Shown here piece after piece: positions 8,757 through 15,996 of a stretch of 62,319 bases of DNA. The stretch is from Minisyncoccota bacterium (GTDB taxonomy: Bacteria; Patescibacteriota; Minisyncoccia; Phycocordibacterales; UBA9973), in NCBI GenBank assembly GCA_035510575.1, contig DATKGV010000006.1, positions 1 to 62,319 of the forward strand, in the 5' to 3' direction. The first letter of the stretch is position 1. Each line of letters starts with the position of its first letter. The notes under the pieces were generated by a model. That model ran no database searches, had not been told where the DNA came from, and saw nothing but the letters and a program-made list of their open reading frames with translations. Both the position numbers and the translations under genes were made by a program.

Positions 8757-8870
8757 CACGTTAGTGAGACCGACCGAGACGGCTTAATGCCGGCTCTTCG
8801 GAGAGTTAAGCACAAAAAGATATTCCTAGTGAGTGCCAGAAAAATATTATATAATTGTGGTAATAATTAA

Positions 8871-9548
8871 ATGAGAGTATTTATAAATAAAATTAAATCC
8901 TATTTTTTAGCGCATAAGTTTTTTGTCATAAGCCTTTTCATTATAATAATCACAATTCTAATTTTTGAACCAGGATTATTTCTTGCAATACCATTTTTCT
9001 TTATTTCGTCTTTTAAAGATGCGCTTATCAGTTTAAACAGCTTCATTTACTTTGTTGGCCAACTTCTATATCTCGGCTTGGTTATTTGGGCCGCAATTCA
9101 TGTCCATAAAATAAATTCAGGCCCAAAAACAGAAGTTACCAGCAAATATCCAGCCATTCAAACAATCTGGTTTTGGTGGATTATAATAACTTTTTCTTAC
9201 ATGTTTTGTATTTTTAGTTATGATCCACAAAGTAGCTTTAATGTAATAAGTCGTCTTGGTGGGATTTTTGGTTTATTTACTCCTATTGGTCCGGAAAATT
9301 TTGTATTATTTTCTTTTCTTATTTTGATAGTGGTCCTGGTTGTGATTTCCAAGATGGAAAAGAAAACGAGACAAATTGAAAAAATATCCGCAAGAAAAAA
9401 AATTCTGTATTCATTATGTGTGCTTTTTGTTTTGACTTTTTTTGTTGATCTTTTTGGAATGTTTACTTCCTTTGGAAGTTATAAATACTTTATTCAATAT
9501 ACGATATTAAACCGCAGCGCTTACATGGATTTAAGAAATATTCAATAG
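8871..9548 (+). CDS. Polytopic membrane protein, unknown function
   Basis: 225-aa ORF with about 6 hydrophobic segments. Confidence 0.6.
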   Translation: MRVFINKIKSYFLAHKFFVISLFIIIITILIFEPGLFLAIPFFFISSFKDALISLNSFIYFVGQLLYLGLVIWAAIHVHKINSGPKTEVTSKYPAIQTIWFWWIIITFSYMFCIFSYDPQSSFNVISRLGGIFGLFTPIGPENFVLFSFLILIVVLVVISKMEKKTRQIEKISARKKILYSLCVLFVLTFFVDLFGMFTSFGSYKYFIQYTILNRSAYMDLRNIQ

Positions 9549-9666
9549 ATTTTTGATTCATAATTATATTTTTGAGAATATTATAACACAACACTTGCAA
9601 AAAATGTCAAAAAAGTATAGGATAGTGTAAATCTGTAGTTATTTGAAAAGAAAGGAGGAAGACACC

Positions 9667-9732
9667 ATGAAAACGCCGAAAAGGCGCATCAAGGTGCGCA
9701 TCGGCAAAGGCAGTTGCGCCAGGTGCGACTAG
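9667..9732 (+). CDS. 21-aa candidate RiPP precursor peptide MKTPKRRIKVRIGKGSCARCD (not in the ORF track)
   Basis: Strong SD aaggagg lies 5 nt upstream of ATG 9667, and the stop is TAG 9730-9732. A hairpin follows, then the radical SAM/SPASM gene on the same strand. Confidence 0.6.
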   Translation: MKTPKRRIKVRIGKGSCARCD

Positions 9733-9741
9733 TTCACAGCC

Positions 9742-9780
9742 GAGGGGGCGGATACTCGTATCTTCCCCCTCATTATTTTT
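9742..9780 (+). terminator. Hairpin plus T-tract between the peptide gene and the radical SAM gene (leaky terminator/attenuator)
   Basis: gaggggg (9742-9748) pairs with ccccctc (9765-9771). An inner gatac/gtatc stem is present, followed by attattttt. Confidence 0.55.
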
Positions 9781-9799
9781 ATAGAAAGGAAGTGTGTAC

Positions 9800-10879
9800 A
9801 TGGAATGTAAGATTGAAATGCCTCGTCTGGAAGTTGAAACCGAAAACTCGATTTATGAGATCGAATTCGGCGAAATCCAGATAGAGATCACTGGCAAGTG
9901 CAACATGCGCTGTCAGCATTGCAGGGCGGCTAGCCAGCCCAAACAAGACATGCCGATTGATCAGATTATAAAGATCATCCGGTTCGCTCGGCAGTTCAGC
10001 CCAGACTATAAGGAGATCGTACTCTCTGGAGGTGAACCGCTTTTGCATCGTAACTTCGCTGAGGTTCTGAGGCAAGTTCGTTGCAACGGTGGTGAGTTCA
10101 TCACCCTCACAACCAACGGGTCTCTACTCACAAAAGAGCACCTCTCGCTCATTGGAGAGCTGTCCTTTCCGCGCTTTATGCTTTCGGTAAGTCTGGATAG
10201 CCTCAATCCCGAGGAACACGATAAGTTTCGTGTTTATGAAGGGGCTTTTCCCAAGGCTGTTGCGGCTCTGCGTCAGGTGGCGGAGAGCGGATTGCCAAAC
10301 GTTGTCGCTTCAATGCGCTCAACCATTCGGGCATCTCAAATCGGCGAGATGGAAAACATGGTGGACTTCGCCAGAAACCTAGGATGCAAGCGTGTAAGCT
10401 TTTCCGCAATACATCCCGCGGGAAGAGCTATCGAGCGTGACGATCTCTGGATGACTCGCGAACAGAAGTATGCGTTTGTGACTGAGGTTTATCGACTGAA
10501 GGCGTTATTCCCTGACCTCAACGTCACTACAAACGACCCGCTCAAGTGTCTGCTCCGAGGAGAAAACGACATGGGGAAAAACGGGGAGTTGGTTTTTGAC
10601 GGCTGTAGCGCCGGCGCTATTACTTTCAACGTCAACTCCGACGGCACCATGACTCCGTGCGCCTTACTCGATATCCCGATGATGAACACCTTCTCTCTTT
10701 CCATTGAGGAAATGACCGAACGTTATCGGGAGAATCCGATTGTCAAAAACATGCTGGAGATGAACCTGAAGGGTAAGTGCGGCGCTTGCCACCTAAAATA
10801 TCAATGTGGCGGATGCCGGGCTCGTGCCCTGATTCAGATGGGGGATTTCTTGGAAGAGGACCCTCATTGCTGGCTGTAA
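9800..10879 (+). CDS. Radical SAM enzyme with a C-terminal SPASM domain (peptide maturase-like)
   Basis: GKCNMRCQHC (CX3CX2C). SPASM cysteines at FDGCSAG...TPCALL and GKCGACHLKYQCGGCRARA. ATG 9800 is preferred over GTG 9794. Confidence 0.85.
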   Translation: MECKIEMPRLEVETENSIYEIEFGEIQIEITGKCNMRCQHCRAASQPKQDMPIDQIIKIIRFARQFSPDYKEIVLSGGEPLLHRNFAEVLRQVRCNGGEFITLTTNGSLLTKEHLSLIGELSFPRFMLSVSLDSLNPEEHDKFRVYEGAFPKAVAALRQVAESGLPNVVASMRSTIRASQIGEMENMVDFARNLGCKRVSFSAIHPAGRAIERDDLWMTREQKYAFVTEVYRLKALFPDLNVTTNDPLKCLLRGENDMGKNGELVFDGCSAGAITFNVNSDGTMTPCALLDIPMMNTFSLSIEEMTERYRENPIVKNMLEMNLKGKCGACHLKYQCGGCRARALIQMGDFLEEDPHCWL

Positions 10880-10913
10880 TTATCCTTCCAAACAACAAGA
10901 CCGCTTTTCAACG

Positions 10914-10945
10914 AAAACCGTTAGGAGGGCGGTTTTCTATTTATA
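10914..10945 (+). terminator. Intrinsic terminator after the radical SAM gene
   Basis: aaaaccg / cggtttt stem followed by a T-rich run. Confidence 0.55.
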
Positions 10946-10972
10946 TTATGTATTTTATTGTATAATGAAATT

Positions 10973-11437
10973 ATGAATAATGATTTAAAAAAATTTATAG
11001 ATGAAAAATTCACAAAACAAGGCAAGGCTTTAGATTTAGGGGCCGGTGATTTCTTTGACGTCGCTTGTTTAAAACAACTAGGGTGGAAATGTGAAGGTGT
11101 TGATATAAAAACAGGTGTTAATTTAGAAAAAATTTATGAATCAAAAAATGAACCTTTTGATCTGGTTTATTCAAATTATGTAATTCATAAACTAAAAAAT
11201 AGAAAGAATCTTATTCAAACAATATATAATAATTTAAAAAACAATGGATGGTTTTTTATTCAAACTTTTGATAAATCCGACTCAAACAGCACATCTGACA
11301 TATCTCGCGATTATTTGCAAAAAATATTAACTGCACAAGGATTTAAAAATATTAAAATAAAATTGTTCAGCTATTATGATAACGATGAAGGCCACAAGCA
11401 TTGGCATAAAATTTTAGAAGCAACTGGGCAAAAATAA
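10973..11437 (+). CDS. Class I SAM-dependent methyltransferase
   Basis: Motif I ALDLGAGDFFD. TATAAT at 10961-10966 lies 6 nt upstream of ATG 10973, so the tracked TTG 10958 falls inside the -10 box. Confidence 0.7.
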   Translation: MNNDLKKFIDEKFTKQGKALDLGAGDFFDVACLKQLGWKCEGVDIKTGVNLEKIYESKNEPFDLVYSNYVIHKLKNRKNLIQTIYNNLKNNGWFFIQTFDKSDSNSTSDISRDYLQKILTAQGFKNIKIKLFSYYDNDEGHKHWHKILEATGQK

Positions 11438-11472
11438 TTTTTTGTAAGTTTAAATGTATTTACGATTTTTTT

Positions 11473-11501
11473 TTGACATAAACCCATATTAAGTGTATAA
11501 T
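11473..11501 (+). promoter_or_regulatory. Consensus sigma70-type promoter (TTGACA-17 nt-TATAAT)
   Basis: TTGACA at 11473-11478, a 17-nt spacer, and TATAAT at 11496-11501. Confidence 0.7.
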
Positions 11502-11539
11502 ATGAAGGTAAGGTTCTTTTAGAAAGAGAGGGATAAATA

Positions 11540-12058
11540 ATGTCAACGTTGCTTAAGCTGGTCTCTACGGCGGTCGTTTTGGCAACCACCAAGCCTTTTG
11601 TTTCGAAGGAGAAATTCGTTCGCGACACCAGCACAAAGGCCAAAGTGAAAATCTCCGGACTCGGAGGAAATTTCACTGCGTGGTTTCTCGAAGGCGACGG
11701 CAAAGTGGAAGCGCCTATCACAAAAACTTCCATCCACATCCACCGGCTGAAAAAGGCCTCAGTGGACACTATGATCATTGAGGAAATCGGCGGAGAAACA
11801 AAAGCCGAAACCACGCTCACCGCAATCTACTCAATGATGAAGAAGCAACCGAGGGGCAAGAAGGGTCTCCTGCTCACTGATGGGTGGGCAAACATCTTCT
11901 ATGTCCGCGATAAGAACGGCGTGCTTCGCGCAGTTAGCGTGGACTGGAACGGTGACGGTTGGCATGTTTTCGGATGCCGTACCGACTACACTGTTGCGTG
12001 GGGTGGCGGCTCTAAGTCATCTCCTCGCAATTTCGTTCTAACGTCCTCATCGAGTTAA
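11540..12058 (+). CDS. Hypothetical protein (172 aa), GC-rich orphan
   Basis: Consensus promoter and a purine-rich RBS region upstream, with a terminator downstream. No motif recognised. The antisense ORF 11374-11820 is rejected. Confidence 0.6.
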   Translation: MSTLLKLVSTAVVLATTKPFVSKEKFVRDTSTKAKVKISGLGGNFTAWFLEGDGKVEAPITKTSIHIHRLKKASVDTMIIEEIGGETKAETTLTAIYSMMKKQPRGKKGLLLTDGWANIFYVRDKNGVLRAVSVDWNGDGWHVFGCRTDYTVAWGGGSKSSPRNFVLTSSSS

Positions 12059-12079
12059 TCTTCGGACAGCCGAACATCC

Positions 12080-12117
12080 AGACACTCGGTTCGCTCAGGC
12101 GGGCCGGGTGTCTTTTA
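12080..12117 (+). terminator. Intrinsic terminator
   Basis: agacactcgg...ccgggtgtct stem followed by tttt. Confidence 0.6.
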
Positions 12118-12180
12118 AATATACTTTTTTAATTTTAAATTCTCACAAATTCTTATTGTGTTTTGTGATATAATTTTATT

Positions 12181-12774
12181 ATGCAAACTGAAATTGAAGC
12201 AAAATTTTTAGATATCGATGTTGAAAAAACTAGAGCTAAACTCAGAGAAGTGGGGGCGGTATTGGAGTATCCTGAACGCTTGATGAAACGAACAACCTAT
12301 GATCTTAAAGATAAAAGTTTGCGTAATGAAAAAGCTTGGGTGCGAGTCCGAGATGAAGGCAGTGGCAAAATAACTTTAAGTTACAAGAAACTTGTCGATC
12401 GGACACTTCATGGAACCAAAGAAATAACCGTAGATGTTAGTAGCTTTGAAACCACGTGCGAATTTCTGGAAGCTTGCGGTTTTGAAAGTAAATCGTATCA
12501 AGAAACCAAAAGAGAAAAGTGGATGCTGGGAAAATCAGAAATAACAATAGATACTTGGCCTTGGATACCAACTTTTTTAGAAATAGAATCAGAAAGTGAA
12601 GAAGAAATAAAGAGAGTAGCAGACTTAGTTGGTTTTGATTGGGGCACAGCTCTGCATGGCAGCGTAGAGGTGGCGTATCAAAAAGTTTTTAATGTGACAG
12701 AAGATGAAATCGATAGCTGGAAAGAAATTACTTTTATTTTGGTGCCGGAATGGCTGGAAATTAAGAGAAAATAG
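12181..12774 (+). CDS. CYTH-domain protein (CyaB-type class IV adenylyl cyclase / triphosphatase fold)
   Basis: N-terminal EIEAKF (ExExK) and later alternating charged beta-strand motifs (VRVRD, LSYKK, FLEIESE). Confidence 0.75.
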   Translation: MQTEIEAKFLDIDVEKTRAKLREVGAVLEYPERLMKRTTYDLKDKSLRNEKAWVRVRDEGSGKITLSYKKLVDRTLHGTKEITVDVSSFETTCEFLEACGFESKSYQETKREKWMLGKSEITIDTWPWIPTFLEIESESEEEIKRVADLVGFDWGTALHGSVEVAYQKVFNVTEDEIDSWKEITFILVPEWLEIKRK

Positions 12775-12787
12775 TTAAATTTATATA

Positions 12788-13294
12788 ATGAAAAAAGAAA
12801 TTCTTAATAAAATACTTATTGTTGGAGATGCGGGTCGTGGAAAATCTACCCTTGCATCAAAACTCTCTCAAAAGTTAGGAATACAAAATTATTCAACAGA
12901 TGATTTCTACTATGAAGTAAAATTTTCAAAGATACGGAACAGACAAGAAAGCATTGATCAGATCAATCAAATTTATCCAGAAGAAAAGTGGATTGTAGAG
13001 GGCACAACCGAATATTTACTTGAAGCTGGTCTTGATTCCGCAGATATTATTATTCATCTTAAATATAAAAAAATCCTTACTCAGTGGATGTTTCTTGTTA
13101 AACGATATTTTCAAAGAGACAATGATACAATATCAGGAGTGTTACATCTTATGAGACATGTTCTTTATAAGAAATACGACTTAGGATATAGAAAAGGAAA
13201 ACGAACACCCTCCATACTTATAGAATCACACAAACACAAAGTAATTACACTTTCTTCTTTTAAAGAAATCGACGAGTTTATAAATTCTTTATAA
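12788..13294 (+). CDS. P-loop NTPase / adenylate-kinase-like (topology-modulation-type) protein
   Basis: Walker A motif IVGDAGRGKSTLA; small 168-aa kinase-like protein. Confidence 0.65.
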   Translation: MKKEILNKILIVGDAGRGKSTLASKLSQKLGIQNYSTDDFYYEVKFSKIRNRQESIDQINQIYPEEKWIVEGTTEYLLEAGLDSADIIIHLKYKKILTQWMFLVKRYFQRDNDTISGVLHLMRHVLYKKYDLGYRKGKRTPSILIESHKHKVITLSSFKEIDEFINSL

Positions 13295-13313
13295 TTTTTG
13301 ATAAAATAAATTT

Positions 13314-13967
13314 ATGGAAAAAGAAGAAGATAAAAATTACTGCACTCTATATTTAGTACGTCATGGAGAGACAGAATGGAACGTTAAAAAGATAAATCAA
13401 GGTCAGTCTGAATCCTATTTGACTGAAAATGGCATAGAGCAGGCAAAAGAAACAGCCGAAAGACTTAGAGATATTAAATTTGACGCGATTTTTTCTTCTG
13501 ATTTAGATCGCACTTATAAAACTGCAGAAATTATTAAACTTGATCGTGATATTATCATCCAAACGTCAAAGTTGTTGAGGGAACGCTCATATGGAAGCTT
13601 TGAAGGGAAACATGCTGATGTGTTGAAAAACACACTGAAAGATAAATTAGAAGAAAGAGAAAATTTGCCAGAAAGTGAATATAATTCATTCAGACTTGCA
13701 CCCGACATTGAAACCACTGAAGAAATTTTAACTAGATTTTTAATAAAACTTAGAGAAATAGCTGTTGCGTATCCAAATAAAAATATATTAGTTGTTAGCC
13801 ATGCTGGACCCATTAGAAATTTTCTTATTAAAATAGGTTATGCGGAAAGAAAAGTCTTATCGGGTGGAACTTTCAAACAAGGAGGATATGTAAAAGTACT
13901 CTCAGAAGGTGTAAACTTTTTTGTGAAAGAAGTGTACGGTATCAGAAAGCCAGAAGGGAGTGAATAA
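13314..13967 (+). CDS. Histidine phosphatase family (phosphoglycerate mutase-like) protein
   Basis: LYLVRHGETEWN (RHG motif) and SHAGPIR. Confidence 0.8.
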   Translation: MEKEEDKNYCTLYLVRHGETEWNVKKINQGQSESYLTENGIEQAKETAERLRDIKFDAIFSSDLDRTYKTAEIIKLDRDIIIQTSKLLRERSYGSFEGKHADVLKNTLKDKLEERENLPESEYNSFRLAPDIETTEEILTRFLIKLREIAVAYPNKNILVVSHAGPIRNFLIKIGYAERKVLSGGTFKQGGYVKVLSEGVNFFVKEVYGIRKPEGSE

Positions 13968-13981
13968 TGTATAATTAAAAT

Positions 13982-14497
13982 ATGGAAATAAAATCAATCC
14001 TTACAGATAGTCGCGGGCAGATTATAAATGTTCTTTATAAGGATGTTGAAAGTGAGTTGGATTTTCAAGAAAAAAAAATTTCTGGTGTACACGTACTTTG
14101 TTTCTGCAAAGATAAATTAGTCATCGTGTATTCAGAATCAAAGGGTTATTGGGGTCCGCCAGGTGGCGGTGTAGAAAAAGGAGAAAGCGTAAGAGATGCA
14201 GTGAGAAGAGAAATTAAAGAAGAAACAAATATGAAAGTGATTAAGCAAAGGTTCATAGGCATGCAAGATAGATTTGAACCTAAAAGAACCGTTTCTCAAG
14301 CAAGGTCTGTGTGTATTGCCGAACCCTATGGAGAATTTACTCACGATCCAGACGGTGGAGAAGTCACAGAAATAAAATTAATCGACCCGAAAGACTACAA
14401 AAAATATTTCGATTGGGGAATAGTCGGAGACAGATTAATGGAAAGAGCATTAGAAACAAAAGCACAAATGGAGTTAGAACTTAATTACACAACCTAG
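13982..14497 (+). CDS. NUDIX hydrolase
   Basis: Nudix box GGGVEKGESVRDAVRREIKEETN. Confidence 0.85.
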   Translation: MEIKSILTDSRGQIINVLYKDVESELDFQEKKISGVHVLCFCKDKLVIVYSESKGYWGPPGGGVEKGESVRDAVRREIKEETNMKVIKQRFIGMQDRFEPKRTVSQARSVCIAEPYGEFTHDPDGGEVTEIKLIDPKDYKKYFDWGIVGDRLMERALETKAQMELELNYTT

Positions 14498-14518
14498 GTG
14501 GTGTTACATTCTGTTACC

Positions 14519-14869
14519 TTACCCAATCCGCACCTGCTTGTTATTCATCAAAATTTTACTCCTCAAGCATGTCAGCAGTTCCCGTTTTTCTTCCATGGTG
14601 CCATCTCTTAAAATATATTTGGCATAATTTCTAATATCAATTTCTTCAACATCCACCGCCTTCTCTTTTATACCAAGCAATCCTGATTGAAATTTTTTGT
14701 GTCGTTCAATTTCGGCTTTAATCTTTTTTCTCATGCCAATTTCATCGATATCTATTTGATCCATCAGTCCGGCAAGTTGTTCAATCAAATATTCTTCCCT
14801 TACATAGCCAGACTTACAATTTTTGTCCTGAAACCTGCAACAGAGGTTGGTATAAAGCAGATATTCAAG
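14519..14869 (-). pseudogene. C-terminal fragment of a large serine recombinase (zinc ribbon plus coiled coil)
   Basis: The open frame reads ...LYTNLCCRFQDKNCKSGYVREEYLIEQLAG...RNYAKYILRDGTMEEKRELLTCLRSKILMNNKQVRIG. There is no catalytic N-terminal domain, and a stop lies at 14870-14872. Confidence 0.6.
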
Positions 14870-14883
14870 TCAGAATAACTGTT

Positions 14884-15351
14884 TTGATTAAACTGAAATC
14901 GCAGGAGGATTTACAAAACTTGCAAATAAAGCTCGTGAGCAACCCAACCGGTTTCAACCAAATAGACAAAAGATGGGTTGACGATTATGTCGAGCTTTGG
15001 AAAATTCCGCAAGATGTGATAAAAATCTTGAAACTTTTCACTGGAGAAACAAAGTCGACGAAAAAAGGATTGAAGGATTCTCGAAGGATGTTTTTGATCG
15101 AAATGAGCGAATCTGATCAAAACAAACTCCTTGATTTTCTTAAGAAAAACAAAATTTTGATAGTTTCGGATATTCTCAAAGGCAGAGGTGAATTTTCCGC
15201 TGATTGGACACTGGTAATTTTGAAAGTTAATGGAGAAAGTCGATGGGTTTTGAAATCTATAAATCATGTTATGAACGTTTTCGGTTCCGGAGATATAAGG
15301 ATAACAGATATTGTCTCTGATGGAGATATCTGCATAGGTATTTGCCAATAA
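14884..15351 (+). CDS. Hypothetical protein, possibly a truncated restriction-endonuclease-like remnant
   Basis: TTG-initiated 155-aa ORF with a lysine-rich, protein-like composition. It is bracketed by the two recombinase fragments. The nuclease idea is only an impression. Confidence 0.3.
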   Translation: MIKLKSQEDLQNLQIKLVSNPTGFNQIDKRWVDDYVELWKIPQDVIKILKLFTGETKSTKKGLKDSRRMFLIEMSESDQNKLLDFLKKNKILIVSDILKGRGEFSADWTLVILKVNGESRWVLKSINHVMNVFGSGDIRITDIVSDGDICIGICQ

Positions 15352-15439
15352 ATTAATAGTCCATAAGGGTTTAATAAAATTCGCATTAATAATGGTAGTT
15401 ATTTAACTGGGCTGATCTGGGTCATCATATTAAATATTT

Positions 15440-15565
15440 CTACCCAATTTTCAACTCTTTATTATTCATCACCACTTTGCTCCTCAAACATGTAAGTAAT
15501 TCTCGTTTCTCTTCCATCGTGCCATCTCTTAAAATATATTTAGCATAGTTTCGCATGCCAATTCC
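15440..15565 (-). pseudogene. Second, shorter copy of the recombinase 3' end
   Basis: Encodes ...GIGMRNYAKYILRDGTMEEKRELLTCLRSKVVMNNKELKIG*. About 80% nucleotide identity to 14519-14640, in direct orientation. Confidence 0.6.
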
Positions 15566-15569
15566 TTGC

Positions 15570-15578
15570 GGGGGGGGG
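15570..15578. repeat. G9 homopolymer
   Basis: gcggggggggg tract that abuts the truncated recombinase fragment. Confidence 0.9.
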
Positions 15579-15620
15579 TTACTTATGGTATAAACTAATT
15601 AAACAAATAAATCTTTAAGT

Positions 15621-15899
15621 ATGGAAAAAATAAAAGTTTTATGGCATAGCGGTCTTAATGGTTCTGCTACTTATTCGATTTTTAATGGAAAAGGAGAAAA
15701 AGTAATCACAAATAAACCGATAGAGATAATAGTTGAAGAAATCAAAAGAATTTATCCTAAAATAGCGGAGGAAATCAGGATTAAATCAAGGAGTTATGAT
15801 TTCGATAGCATTAAAAGTATTAATCTATCAACTATGCAACCCTCATTAAGACAAAAGATTGTGGAATTAATTAAAGAAACTAAATTTTCCTACAAATAA
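15621..15899 (+). CDS. Hypothetical small protein (92 aa)
   Basis: ORF only; a terminator-like hairpin follows at ~15913-15945. Confidence 0.45.
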   Translation: MEKIKVLWHSGLNGSATYSIFNGKGEKVITNKPIEIIVEEIKRIYPKIAEEIRIKSRSYDFDSIKSINLSTMQPSLRQKIVELIKETKFSYK

Positions 15900-15996
15900 A
15901 ATCAGTTTAACCAAAGGACAACGCAAGTTGCCCTTTAATTTTGGCATAGCACATTTTTGCACCATTTTGAGTGCAATTATAGTATAATATAAGAGT

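Noticed and set aside
11374-11820. 148-aa minus-strand ORF overlapping the GC-rich orphan gene
   Set aside because: The plus-strand gene has a consensus promoter, a leader and a terminator. Long antisense ORFs are expected in GC-rich segments.
14911-15348. 145-aa minus-strand ORF almost exactly antisense to 14884-15351
   Set aside because: Its translation is rich in F/Y/N/I/C and unlike a folded protein, whereas the plus-strand product has normal charged/hydrophobic periodicity. Even the plus-strand call has low confidence.
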